Origin: Myxococcota bacterium
GTDB lineage: Bacteria > Myxococcota_A > UBA796 > UBA2385
Direction: 5' to 3'
Assembly: GCA_044344255.1 (NCBI GenBank)
Contig: JBIJDH010000004.1
Coordinates: 160,001 to 224,000, forward strand
DNA length: 64,000 bases
The notes under the pieces: model-generated
Databases searched by the model: none
Seen by the model: only the letters and a program-made list of their open reading frames with translations
Told to the model about the DNA's origin: nothing
In this document: positions 46,334 through 57,689 of the stretch, piece after piece
Position numbering within the stretch: position 1 is the stretch's first letter
How the letters are laid out: each line of letters starts with the position of its first letter
Translations under genes and position numbers: made by a program

Positions 46334-47566
46334 TCAGCGCGCGCGCAGGATCTTCACCTCGAGGATGGCCCGCTCGTTCGCCTTGCTCACCGTGATCTTG
46401 TAGGCGCCCTGGGTGACGCCCTCGCCCACGGGCACCACCTTGCCGAGGCGGGAGAGCAGGAAGCCGGCGATGGTCTCGTACTGGCCCTCGGGGAGGATGA
46501 GGCCGGTGGCCTGCTCGAGGTGCTCGGTCTCGGCGCGCCCCGACGCCGTCCACTCGCGCTCGCCCGACTTGCGGACCAGGGCGCCGGAGGGGTCGTCGCC
46601 CTCATCGTCAATTTCGCCCACGATCTCCTCGAGCAGGTCCTCTGCGGTGATCAGCCCGACGGCGCCACCATACTCATCTACGGCCACCGCCATGCGCTGG
46701 CGGTTTCGCCGCATCTCCAGCATGAGCTCGTCTACGCGCTTGGTCTCGGGCACGAAGAAGGCCGGGCGAGCGACCTGGTGGCAAGGGGCGGTCCAATCTT
46801 CAGCGGCGAGGAGGTCCTGGTGCAGGATGATGCCGGTGATGCGGTCTATTCGCTCTTTGTACACGGGGAGGCGGGAGTGGCCGGACTCTGTCATCCGCCG
46901 GGCGGCCTCGGCCACTGAGGCGTTGTGGGGCACGGCCACGACCTCGATGAGGGGTACCATGGCGTCCTCGACCACCGCCTCCGTGAAGGCGAAGACCCGC
47001 TTGATGAGGGCGCGATCGTCGGGCGTGAGCTCCGAGGAATTGGCGGCGTCGGCGCTGTCGAGGAGCAGCTTCAGCTCCTGGCGGGTGATGGCGCGGTCCT
47101 CCTCGACGAAGGAGCCACCGAAGAGGCGGACGACGCGGTCGATCACGAAGAAGAGCGGCGCCAGCAGGAAGGAGATCGCCCGCAGGGGCACGATGATGAA
47201 GGGGACGAGGCGGTCGGCGTGGTGCTGGTAGAGCGCCTTGGGGAGCATCTCGCCGAAGGTGAGGGTGAAGGGGATGAGGAAGAGGGTCGCCACGACGGTG
47301 GGCAGCCCCAGCGACTCGGCGACGAGGTGCGCGGCGAGGGTGGCGCCGCCGAAGAGGCAGAGGTTGGTGCCGAGGAGGCAGGTGCCGAGGGTCCAGGCGG
47401 GGCGCTCGAGCATCGTGAGGGCGAGGCGGGCCCTTCGGCTGCCGGCGTCGGCGTCGGCGCGGAGCTTGAGGCGGTCGGCGGAGACGAGCGCGATCTCCGA
47501 GCCGGAGAAGAAGCCCTGCCCGAGCACACAGGCGGCGATGCCCAGCACGAGGAGCTCGGCGCTCAT
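46334..47566 (-). CDS. CNNM/DUF21-CBS-CorC 'hemolysin family' protein
   Basis: FFSGSEIAL, FGEMLPK, GHSRLPVY, FVPETK, VDEYGG..GLITAEDLLEEIVGEI. Confidence 0.93.
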   Translation of the reverse strand: MSAELLVLGIAACVLGQGFFSGSEIALVSADRLKLRADADAGSRRARLALTMLERPAWTLGTCLLGTNLCLFGGATLAAHLVAESLGLPTVVATLFLIPFTLTFGEMLPKALYQHHADRLVPFIIVPLRAISFLLAPLFFVIDRVVRLFGGSFVEEDRAITRQELKLLLDSADAANSSELTPDDRALIKRVFAFTEAVVEDAMVPLIEVVAVPHNASVAEAARRMTESGHSRLPVYKERIDRITGIILHQDLLAAEDWTAPCHQVARPAFFVPETKRVDELMLEMRRNRQRMAVAVDEYGGAVGLITAEDLLEEIVGEIDDEGDDPSGALVRKSGEREWTASGRAETEHLEQATGLILPEGQYETIAGFLLSRLGKVVPVGEGVTQGAYKITVSKANERAILEVKILRAR

Positions 47567-48930
47567 GGCTCAGCCTCCGGGGTGCCGGCCCGGGTCTCGT
47601 CCGACTGGACCGCAGGCAGGTGCACGACCACCTCGGTCACCCGCCGGCTCTCGACCCCCATCACGGCGAAGCGGACGCCGTTCCAGAGCAGCTCTTCGCC
47701 CTTCTCGGGGAGCTTGCCCCACTCGGCGAGGATGAAGCCGCCGAGGGTGTTGTACTCGCCAGCGGGGAGCTCGACGTCGAAGCGGGTGGAGAAGTCGTCG
47801 ACGTCCATGCTGCCCCGCACCTGGAAGACACGGGCGGAGAGCTCCTTGACCTCGGGGTTCTCCTGATCGGTCTCGTCGAGCAGCTCGCCGACGAGCTCGG
47901 CGAGGAGGTCGTCGAGGCTGACGACACCCGCTACGCTGCCGTGCTCGTCGACCACGATGGCCATGTGGAAGCGCTCCTTGCGGAACTCGGCCAGCATGTC
48001 CTCGCTGCGCTTGGTGGTGGGCACGAAGCGGGGCGGGTGGAGGAGGCGCTGGATCTGGCGCAGCCCGGGGGAGAAAGTCTCGTCGCGCCGCTCCTGGAGC
48101 AGGGGGAGGAGGTCCTTGACGAGCAGCACGCCGACGATGTTGTCGGGGCTTCCCTGCCAGACGGGCACGCGGCTGTAGCCGGCGGTGCGGAGCTGGTGGA
48201 GGAGCTCGGGCCAGGGCGTGTTCAGGCGCACGCTGAAGACGTCGGGCCGCGGGGTCATCAGGCGGCTCACGGTCAGGTCTCCGAACTCGAAGACCTTGTG
48301 GATCATCTCCTGCTCCATCGGCATGATGTGGCCGTGCCGGTGGCCCTGATCGATGAGGGCGCGGAGCTGCTCTTCGCGGAGCTCGGCCTCGCGGGGGGCG
48401 GTGCTGCCGCCGGTGAAGCGCAGGGCGGCCTCGGCCACGAGGGTCAGCAGCACCCGGATCGGCGCCACGACGACGCTGAAGGCTCGCAGCGGGACGGCGA
48501 CGATGGGGGCGAGGCTGCGGTTGTTCCGCAGCGCGAAGACCTTGGGGAACATCTCGCCCACGATGAGCAGGATCGGCGGGACGATCACCACGTTCAACCA
48601 GGGCTGGTCAGGGGCGATGTGGAGGAAGAGCCCGGCGGTCACCGTCGACAGGCTGAGGTTGACCACCTCATTGCCGATCAGCAAGGTGGCGAGCGTGCGG
48701 CGCGGGTTGCGGAGCAGGGTGTCTACCCGCGCGCGGGCCTTCTCCGCCATGGATTGGCGGTCCATGGGCTGGAGGCTGAACAGCGCCGTCTCCGAGGCGG
48801 AGAAGAAGGCCGCGCCCAGGAGCAGGAGGACCGCGAGCGCGATGGCGGTGGGCGGATCCGACGGGCCCTCGAAGAGCTCCGAGCTGGACACAACGCCGAG
48901 CAAGGCGGACAAAGAGAGGGCGCTGTTCAC
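47563..48930 (-). CDS. CNNM/DUF21-CBS-CorC 'hemolysin family' protein
   Basis: FFSASETALFS, GEMFPK, MTPR, GYSRVPV, VDEHG..DDLLAELVGE, YNTLGGF. Confidence 0.93.
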   Translation of the reverse strand: MNSALSLSALLGVVSSSELFEGPSDPPTAIALAVLLLLGAAFFSASETALFSLQPMDRQSMAEKARARVDTLLRNPRRTLATLLIGNEVVNLSLSTVTAGLFLHIAPDQPWLNVVIVPPILLIVGEMFPKVFALRNNRSLAPIVAVPLRAFSVVVAPIRVLLTLVAEAALRFTGGSTAPREAELREEQLRALIDQGHRHGHIMPMEQEMIHKVFEFGDLTVSRLMTPRPDVFSVRLNTPWPELLHQLRTAGYSRVPVWQGSPDNIVGVLLVKDLLPLLQERRDETFSPGLRQIQRLLHPPRFVPTTKRSEDMLAEFRKERFHMAIVVDEHGSVAGVVSLDDLLAELVGELLDETDQENPEVKELSARVFQVRGSMDVDDFSTRFDVELPAGEYNTLGGFILAEWGKLPEKGEELLWNGVRFAVMGVESRRVTEVVVHLPAVQSDETRAGTPEAEP

Positions 48931-49892
48931 GCGTCCGCCGAGAAGTGGCTGAACAGCGGGGAGGGCCAGGCGGCGTCGACCAGGTTCACGCGACCATCAT
49001 CGGTGATGTCCCCGATTCGGGTCAAGGGGGTGCCGAGGCGGTGGGCGAGCGCGAGGAGCGCGCCCGCCTGGGACTCTGGGGCGGTGAGCAGCAGCTCGTA
49101 GTCGTCTCCGAAGGCCACTTGGAGGGCGAGGGGCGCTGGACGTGCCGTGTCAGGGCAGGCCTGCAGCGCGGGCCCCCGGGGCAGCGCCGCGGCGGAGACC
49201 CGGGCCCCCACGCCGCTCGCCGCGCAGAGGCGGGGGAGGTCTGCGGCGAGGCCGTCGGAGAGGTCCATCATGGCGGTCGCCAGGCCCGCCTCGGCGAGGG
49301 CGGCGCCGAAGGCCACGGGGGGGCGCGGCCGGCGGAGGGCCGCGAGGCCGGGACCCCCGAAGTAGAAGCCTGCGGCGGCCTCGCCGAGGGAGCCGGTCAC
49401 CCAGAGGCCGTCGCCGGGCCTCGCGCCGCCGCGGGTGACGGGGTGTCGCACGCGCCCGCCCATCGACAGGCCGGCGATGATCGGGCCGGGGCTGCGGGTG
49501 GTGTCTCCGCCGATCAGGGCCACGCCGTAGTGGCGGAGGCCCTCGTGGAGCCCCTCTCGAAAGCCCATGAGCCACGCGGCGGGCGCAGGGCGGGGGAGGC
49601 AGAGGCTTAGCAGGGCCCACAGGGGCTGCCCGCCCATCGCCCCCACGTCGGAGGCGTTGACGGCCACAAGCTTCCAGCCGACATCGGCGGGGTGGAGATG
49701 GTCGTCCCAGTGGACACCCTCCACCATCGTGTCGTGCGTCAGCACCGTGCCATCGCCGAGCACAGCGCCGTCATCCCCCGCGTCTACCCGGATCAGCCCC
49801 TCCAAGGCGGGGAGGCGATCGGTGAGCAGAGCCTGGATGATGTCGCGCTCGTCGAGCGACGGGGGCCAGGCAGGTGGGGGAGGTTCGGACAT
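48927..49892 (-). CDS. thiL: thiamine-monophosphate kinase
   Basis: GDDGA, DTMVEGVH, AVNASDVGAMG, GGDT, DLSDGL, GDDYELL. Confidence 0.93.
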   Translation of the reverse strand: MSEPPPPAWPPSLDERDIIQALLTDRLPALEGLIRVDAGDDGAVLGDGTVLTHDTMVEGVHWDDHLHPADVGWKLVAVNASDVGAMGGQPLWALLSLCLPRPAPAAWLMGFREGLHEGLRHYGVALIGGDTTRSPGPIIAGLSMGGRVRHPVTRGGARPGDGLWVTGSLGEAAAGFYFGGPGLAALRRPRPPVAFGAALAEAGLATAMMDLSDGLAADLPRLCAASGVGARVSAAALPRGPALQACPDTARPAPLALQVAFGDDYELLLTAPESQAGALLALAHRLGTPLTRIGDITDDGRVNLVDAAWPSPLFSHFSADA

Positions 49893-49925
49893 GGGGCCGG
49901 GAACGAGGAGCGGCCTCGTATCCTG

Positions 49926-51968
49926 TCAAGGGTCGGCCGGCTGCTCCGGGGCGCTGTCACCGCCATCGGCCGTCCAGGGGCGGAGCTCATCACCGCGGAT
50001 GGTCAGCACCATCAGCTTGCGCTCGACGTCGCGGAGCTCGCCGAAGCCGGCGCCGCCGCCGACGGGGTGGTCGATGCGGGTCTTCAGGAGCTCTTCTCGG
50101 ATCTTCGCCCGGTTCGTACCCCCGGCGCTGACCGCGGCGCTGGCGATGCGGGTGACGTCCCAGGTGATGGCGTCGAGCACGTCCGGGCGGCGGTTGAAGT
50201 GGCTCTTGTAGGTCTCGACAAAGGCGCGGATGTCGGCCTTGTTGCTGCCCGACCAGAAGGCGTCGACGAGCACGCCCCCTTGCATGTAGTCGCCGCCGGC
50301 GCGGGCGGTGTCGGGGCTGTTCCAGCCGTTGAGCCCCATCAGCAGCACGGGGTCCATCCCCCACTGGGGCCGAAATTTTCCAACCGGGAACTCCTGGAAG
50401 GCGAGGGCGCTGGCGATGAGGGCCGCGCGCTGCCCGGAGTCGGGGATGAAGATCGCGTCGAAGGCGATGCTCGGGGGCAGCACGACCTTGCTGGGGTCCT
50501 GGCCCTTGGCCTTGGCGGCGGCGCGCAGGCGGGCGAGCTCGGCGGAGCCCGCCTTTTGGTCGCGGGCCGAGAGCTCTCGCGCGGCGGGGAGGAAGGAGCG
50601 GGAGGCGGGATCGTAGCCGACGGTGCGCGGCACCTCTCCGCCCCGCTTGGTGACCTCGGCGACGAAGGCGTCGCGGCTGGCGAGGCCGTAGGCGTTGTTC
50701 GGGTGCATGACGGCGAAGCGCCGCATGCTCCGCTGCCCCATCACGTGATCGAGGAGGGCCCCGACCTGCTGCTCCACCGGGAGGAAGCCGCGGAAGGCGA
50801 AGTCGCCCACCGAGGCCGGATCCTGTCCCTGGTTGAGCGTGATGATCGGCACCCCGAGGGAGTCGGCGGCCTCGGCCACTGGGCGGAGGTGCTCCTTCAA
50901 CAGGGGGCCGATGAGGGCGACGCAGCCCTTCTGGAGCACGAGCTGCTCGACGGCGGGTACGGGGTCGCCGCCCACGTCGCCCGTGTTGAGGAAGACGAGC
51001 TCGAGCTTGGCTCCGCTCCGCTGGTTGGCCAGCTCCATGTCGGCCTTGAGGCGCGCGGCGATCGAGGCGTAGTCGCCCGCCTCGGGCAGGAGCACGCCCA
51101 CCCGGCCGGCCACGGCGGGGTCCTTGGCGGCGGCGCGCTTCTGGAGCCCCTCGGCCATCCGCTTCACCCGTCCCTCGGGGCCGTTGGCGAGCAGCTCCTT
51201 GGCGCTGGCGGCGGCCTCGTCGAAGCGGTCGGCCTCGAGCAGGTCACGGATGCGCTCGACGGCCTGCTCCTCTTCGGTGCCACCCCGGCTGGCGCTGGCG
51301 GGGGGAGGGGCCCCGCTGGCGCCGTTGGCCACGATGTCGCCGACCTCTCCCTGGACGCGGGCGAGGACCTCGGGATCGGCGGCGGCGTATTGGACGGACT
51401 TCTCGGCGAGGGCCCGGACCTCGGCGGCGCTGGCCTTGTCTGCGGCGGCGACCCGGGCGAGGATGCGGTAGCGATCGGCGTTCAGGGTGTCGGGGACGTG
51501 CTTTGCGCTCGTGGCCTGCAGGCGAACGAGCCCCTTGCCGCTGGGGTCCTTCTTGTCGGCGTCGACCACCGCCATGCCGAGCAGAGCGGCCTCCTTGAGC
51601 GGGCCCGAGGGGTAGGCGGCGGCGAGCTGCTCGAACCAGGATCGGGCGACCGATCGGTCACCGGCGAGTCGGCGCTGCTCGCCCGCGTAGAGCATGGCCC
51701 AGGGGCGCACCTTCTCGTCGGCCTCGCCGGTCAGGTACTCCTCGAGGAGCCCGACGGCCGCTCGCCGATCGCTGCCCGCCTTCTCGAGCGCGTCTTCGAT
51801 GAGGGGCGGCGGCTTGGCCTGGGTCTTGGCCGACCACGCCGGCCCGGCGGACAGGGCCGAGACGAGCGCGAGGAGGAGCAGCGCGGCACGACCCGCGCTC
51901 CAGAGGCGGCGCCCGGGGGGCTGGGCGGGCGCGGAGGGCCAGGGAGTCAGGGGAGCGGTGAGCTTCAC
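49926..51968 (-). CDS. LpoA/LppC-like penicillin-binding protein activator (TPR + type-1 periplasmic-binding fold)
   Basis: TPR N-half; VGVLLP..G.YA, IGPLL, FAVMHPNNAYG, FDAIFIPD, LMGLNGWN. Confidence 0.8.
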   Translation of the reverse strand: MKLTAPLTPWPSAPAQPPGRRLWSAGRAALLLLALVSALSAGPAWSAKTQAKPPPLIEDALEKAGSDRRAAVGLLEEYLTGEADEKVRPWAMLYAGEQRRLAGDRSVARSWFEQLAAAYPSGPLKEAALLGMAVVDADKKDPSGKGLVRLQATSAKHVPDTLNADRYRILARVAAADKASAAEVRALAEKSVQYAAADPEVLARVQGEVGDIVANGASGAPPPASASRGGTEEEQAVERIRDLLEADRFDEAAASAKELLANGPEGRVKRMAEGLQKRAAAKDPAVAGRVGVLLPEAGDYASIAARLKADMELANQRSGAKLELVFLNTGDVGGDPVPAVEQLVLQKGCVALIGPLLKEHLRPVAEAADSLGVPIITLNQGQDPASVGDFAFRGFLPVEQQVGALLDHVMGQRSMRRFAVMHPNNAYGLASRDAFVAEVTKRGGEVPRTVGYDPASRSFLPAARELSARDQKAGSAELARLRAAAKAKGQDPSKVVLPPSIAFDAIFIPDSGQRAALIASALAFQEFPVGKFRPQWGMDPVLLMGLNGWNSPDTARAGGDYMQGGVLVDAFWSGSNKADIRAFVETYKSHFNRRPDVLDAITWDVTRIASAAVSAGGTNRAKIREELLKTRIDHPVGGGAGFGELRDVERKLMVLTIRGDELRPWTADGGDSAPEQPADP

Positions 51969-51983
51969 GGAGCGTCCGATGCT

Positions 51984-53057
51984 TCAGGTGCGCGCGCGGA
52001 GGGCGTCGTCGTACTGTCTTCGTCGCGGGTGGGCGTCGGCGCCGAGCTGCGACGACAAGGCCGACAGGGCGCGCCGCTGCTCGGCGTTGAGCTCGGCGGG
52101 CACCTCGACGTTGACCTTGATGTGCAGATCGCCCGTCCGTCGACCGTCCAAGTCGGGGAGGCCTCGCCCGCTCAGGCGGAACACCTTGCCCGACGGCGTG
52201 CCGGCCGGGATGCGGATCGTGGTGCGGCCCTCGAGCGTGGGGACCACGAGATCTGTGCCCATCGCGGCCTCGGCGAAGAGCAGGGGCACGTCACAGAAGA
52301 GGTCAGCGCCGCGGCGGCGAAACAGTTCGTGATCGGTCACATTGACGAGCACGTAGAGGTCACCCGGGGGGCCGCCGCCGCGGGGCACGTTGCCCTTCCC
52401 GCGGAGCTTTAGCTTCTGACCGGTGGCCACCCCCGGGGGGACACGGATCTTCAGCCGCTCCAGGTTCTCTCGGGTGCCGGAGCCGCTGCAGGTGCCGCAC
52501 TTCTTGATCATCCGCCAGCCTCGGCCGTCGCAGCGCGGGCAGTCCGCGCGGAAGATGCGGCGGGTGGCTGACTTCCCGGTGCCGGTGCAGGCCTCACAGG
52601 CGGCGCGCCCCTCGTCGGGATCGGCGCCGGTGCCCTCACACTTCCGACAGGCGGACTGCCGGCGGAGGTCGATGGTCCGCTCGGCCCCCTGCACCACGTC
52701 TTCGAGGCTCACCGAGAGGGTGTACTTGAGGTCGTCGCCGCGGTCGTCGGGGCGCTTCTTACGAAACAAGCCGGAGAGGGCGTCGGAGACGAAGTCGTTG
52801 AGGTCGTCCGGCGAGGGCGGCCGGCCGTCGGGGCGGAAGAAGGGGCCCAGGCGGTCGTATCGCGTGCGCTGCTCGGGATCGGAGAGGACCTTGTAGGCTT
52901 CGGCCACCTCTCGGAAACGGTCATCCGCCTCGGGATCATCCGGCCGACGGTCCGGATGGAATTCCATCGCCAGGCCTCGAAAGGCCTTCTTGATCTCGTC
53001 CGGAGCGGCCGAGCGGGGGACACCGAGGACGGCGTAGTAGTCACGTCGGGAGGGCAA
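51984..53057 (-). CDS. dnaJ: DnaJ chaperone
   Basis: DYYAVLGV, HPD, four CxxCxGxG motifs, GDLY C-terminal domains; short G/F region. Confidence 0.92.
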   Translation of the reverse strand: MPSRRDYYAVLGVPRSAAPDEIKKAFRGLAMEFHPDRRPDDPEADDRFREVAEAYKVLSDPEQRTRYDRLGPFFRPDGRPPSPDDLNDFVSDALSGLFRKKRPDDRGDDLKYTLSVSLEDVVQGAERTIDLRRQSACRKCEGTGADPDEGRAACEACTGTGKSATRRIFRADCPRCDGRGWRMIKKCGTCSGSGTRENLERLKIRVPPGVATGQKLKLRGKGNVPRGGGPPGDLYVLVNVTDHELFRRRGADLFCDVPLLFAEAAMGTDLVVPTLEGRTTIRIPAGTPSGKVFRLSGRGLPDLDGRRTGDLHIKVNVEVPAELNAEQRRALSALSSQLGADAHPRRRQYDDALRART

Positions 53058-53088
53058 TCGGGGCCTCCGTTATGCCGGGCGGCAGCGG

Positions 53089-54978
<1,890 letters not shown>

Positions 54979-55012
54979 GTCTCCGTTTGAGAGGGACCCG
55001 TTTGTACCACGG

Positions 55013-56074
55013 TCAGGGCAGCGCCGATCCAGCAGGGTCCGCGTCGATGTTGTCAGGCACCTGTGAAGAGGGCGCGGGCGGGGCCGTCGCCGAGGGGGCA
55101 GGCGCCAGCGCGGGGGCGGCCACGCTCACTCGGGCCGCGCGCAGCAGGCGCCCGTGCAGGGTGTAGCCGGCGGAGAGCTCGGCCTGGATGGTGCCTTCGG
55201 GGTGATCGGCGGACGGCACCCGCTGCATCGCCTCATGGAACTCCGGCTGGAACGGGGTGCCGGGGGTGGCGAGGATGCGCTGGGCCCCCGTGCGCTCGAT
55301 GGTGCGGCGGAGCTGCTCGGCGATCATCTGCACACCCTGGAGCACGCGGGCGGCGTCGGAGGATGCGTGCTGCAGCGCCATCTGGAGGTTGTCCTGGACG
55401 GGGAAGAGCTCGAGCAAGAGCGGGCTGGCGGCGAAGCGGCGGGCCTCCTCGACCTCGGACTTCCGGCGGTCGTTGAGGCGCTTGACGTCGGCCATCGAGC
55501 GTTCGAGGGCCTCCCGGGCGTTCTTGGCGGCGTCTTCGGCGGCGGCGCGAGCGTCCTGGGCGAGGCGGGCGGCGTGCTCCGCGCGCTGGATGCGATCGTT
55601 GGCGCGCAGCAGGATGGCGCCGGCTCGTTTCCGCTCGCCGATCTCGGCCTGCAGGGAGGCCTCGAGGGCCTCGATCCGACCCCGGGCTTGTGCGAGCTCG
55701 GCGCGTCCCTCGGCCAGCTCGGCGAGGAGGCCCTGGATGGCCTCCGGCCCGTCGCCTCCGTCCCGCTCGAGCCCGACGACGATGTCGCCGTCGGTCAGGC
55801 CGTCACCCTCGGGGTCGACGACCAGGTCGTCGAGGTCGAATTCGATCGGCGATGTGGCGCGGCTGGGCTCTGCGGCGCGGGGATCGGGGCTGACCGGCTC
55901 TGGGCTGCGGTTCGACCGGCGGGCGTCCACGGCGGCGAGGGCGGCGGCGAGCAGATCGTCACCGCCGGCGATCGACAACATGGGCCCGTCTTCTGAGGGG
56001 GGACGGGTCGAGCCGGTCGGCCGAAACGCGGGGTGGACCTTGACTGCCTTGGCGAGCTCGTTGGACATGGTCAT
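55013..56074 (-). CDS. grpE: GrpE nucleotide exchange factor with long N-terminal extension
   Basis: [38 protein letters not shown]; first gene of grpE-dnaK-dnaJ. Confidence 0.9.
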   Translation of the reverse strand: MTMSNELAKAVKVHPAFRPTGSTRPPSEDGPMLSIAGGDDLLAAALAAVDARRSNRSPEPVSPDPRAAEPSRATSPIEFDLDDLVVDPEGDGLTDGDIVVGLERDGGDGPEAIQGLLAELAEGRAELAQARGRIEALEASLQAEIGERKRAGAILLRANDRIQRAEHAARLAQDARAAAEDAAKNAREALERSMADVKRLNDRRKSEVEEARRFAASPLLLELFPVQDNLQMALQHASSDAARVLQGVQMIAEQLRRTIERTGAQRILATPGTPFQPEFHEAMQRVPSADHPEGTIQAELSAGYTLHGRLLRAARVSVAAPALAPAPSATAPPAPSSQVPDNIDADPAGSALP

Positions 56075-56248
56075 GCTCGATAGCGTTGGGACCCGAACGA
56101 TCCCGCGAGTGAGCCCCGTGGAATGTCACGGCGACGGTCCCTTTTCCCATTCCGAGCCCGGCATGTCAAGGCCATTGTCAAGAGTGGCCCATCGACAGCA
56201 CATCAACTGGCGCCGAACCTGCCCGGCGGAGGCCGCCGTCGGGGCCGC

Positions 56249-57679
56249 TCAGCGCCCGGACGCCGCGCCGCCCCCGCCTTCGTCACCCTCGTCCCCGTCT
56301 TCGTCCTCGAGGTATCCGAGGGCGCGGAGCTGCTCCAGATCGGCCTCTGAAGCCTGGGACTCCCAAGTGAGCTGACGCGCCTCGTAGCCCTCCCGCAGCT
56401 CGTTCATCTTCCGTTGGAAGTGTTCGGCCCGAACCGGCTCATCGTGGAAGAGGTCCTCGGACTGGGCGAGGTCTGAGCTGCGGTAGAGCTCCTCCCTCCC
56501 TTCCGGCTCGGTGACGTCACCCGGGAAGGACTGGATGTAGATCCAGCCCTCCGTGGTGATCCGGGACTTGTTGGCGCCGCCGTAGCGGGTGACCGAGAGG
56601 GAATCGCGCACGCGGGTGATGCGGCGCTTGCCCTGGACCTCCTCTTTCAGCGAGACCCCGTCGAGGCTGGCGTCGCGCTCGATGCCCACGAGGTCGAGGA
56701 CGGTGGGAGCCACGTCGATGCTGCGGGCGAGGCCCTCCACCACGTTGTCGGGGCCGACGCGGCTGCCGTGGAGGATCCACGGCACCTTGAGGTTCCCGTT
56801 GTAGAGGCGACGGGCGTGGTTGGAGCCGGCCCGCTTGGGGATCCGCAGCCCCTCGCCGTGGTCGCCCACGAACACGAGGAGGCGGTCTTCGCGCCCCATG
56901 TCCGTCAGGGCGCGGTCGAGGTCGCGGACGTGCTCGTCGACGAGGGTGACGGCGGCGTCGTACTGATCGACGAGGTTGTAACGGAAGGGGCTGAGGCCCA
57001 GGCTGGCCCGCCGCCAACCCAGCCAGTCCAGCGGGCGGTGGGTGTCGACCAGCACCACCATGCCGTAGAGCTTGCCCTCCACCTCGCGGGCCTTCTCGAC
57101 GAAGGTGTCAATCACGTCGTCCCCGTCGATCTTGTCGATGCGACCCTGCCAGACGGTGCCCGTGTCGTCGTAGCTGTCGAAGCCTTGACCGAAGCCGAAG
57201 CGGGCGTTGGCGTTCGGGTTCGAGGTGACCCCGATCGTGTGCCAGCCGTCGGCCTGGAAGCGCTCGGCGGTGGTCTGGATCTCGGGGGAGATGCCGCGGT
57301 TGAAGCCCACCTCCTGGTCTTTGATGTCTACACCGAGCCGGAGCGGGTGGGCGCCGGTGACGAGCGCGCCGATGCCGGGGCGGGTCCACGGAGCGTTGGA
57401 GAGCATCTCGTCGAAGCGTGTGCCCGACCGGGCCAGGGCGTCGATGTAGGGCGAGGTGTCCCGCGTGTTGCCGTAGGCTCCGAGGCGCTCGGCGCGCATG
57501 GTGCAAGCGACCACCATGATCACGGTCTTCGGACGCCCGGCCCCGACGTCGGAGGGCTCGATCTGGGGCGGATCGCCGCACGCGAGGAGGGCCGCGCCAG
57601 CGAGGATCGGGCCGAGCCCTCGAGTGAGCAGGGCGGATCGGCTGGGCTTCAACGGAGGGGCGGGGGGAGGGGTCGGCAT
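56249..57679 (-). CDS. sulfatase-like (alkaline phosphatase superfamily) lipoprotein
   Basis: LLAC lipobox; APWTRP, GF.QGFDSY, YDAAV..VD, GDHGE, VPWI, IDVAPTVL, EQLRALGY. Confidence 0.85.
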   Translation of the reverse strand: MPTPPPAPPLKPSRSALLTRGLGPILAGAALLACGDPPQIEPSDVGAGRPKTVIMVVACTMRAERLGAYGNTRDTSPYIDALARSGTRFDEMLSNAPWTRPGIGALVTGAHPLRLGVDIKDQEVGFNRGISPEIQTTAERFQADGWHTIGVTSNPNANARFGFGQGFDSYDDTGTVWQGRIDKIDGDDVIDTFVEKAREVEGKLYGMVVLVDTHRPLDWLGWRRASLGLSPFRYNLVDQYDAAVTLVDEHVRDLDRALTDMGREDRLLVFVGDHGEGLRIPKRAGSNHARRLYNGNLKVPWILHGSRVGPDNVVEGLARSIDVAPTVLDLVGIERDASLDGVSLKEEVQGKRRITRVRDSLSVTRYGGANKSRITTEGWIYIQSFPGDVTEPEGREELYRSSDLAQSEDLFHDEPVRAEHFQRKMNELREGYEARQLTWESQASEADLEQLRALGYLEDEDGDEGDEGGGGAASGR

Positions 57680-57689
57680 GGCGGCTCGC

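Noticed and set aside
56075..56248. CIRCE or HAIR heat-shock operators upstream of grpE (also checked upstream of lon)
   Set aside because: No TTAGCACTC-N9-GAGTGCTAA or CTTGAGT-N7-ACTCAAG match seen.
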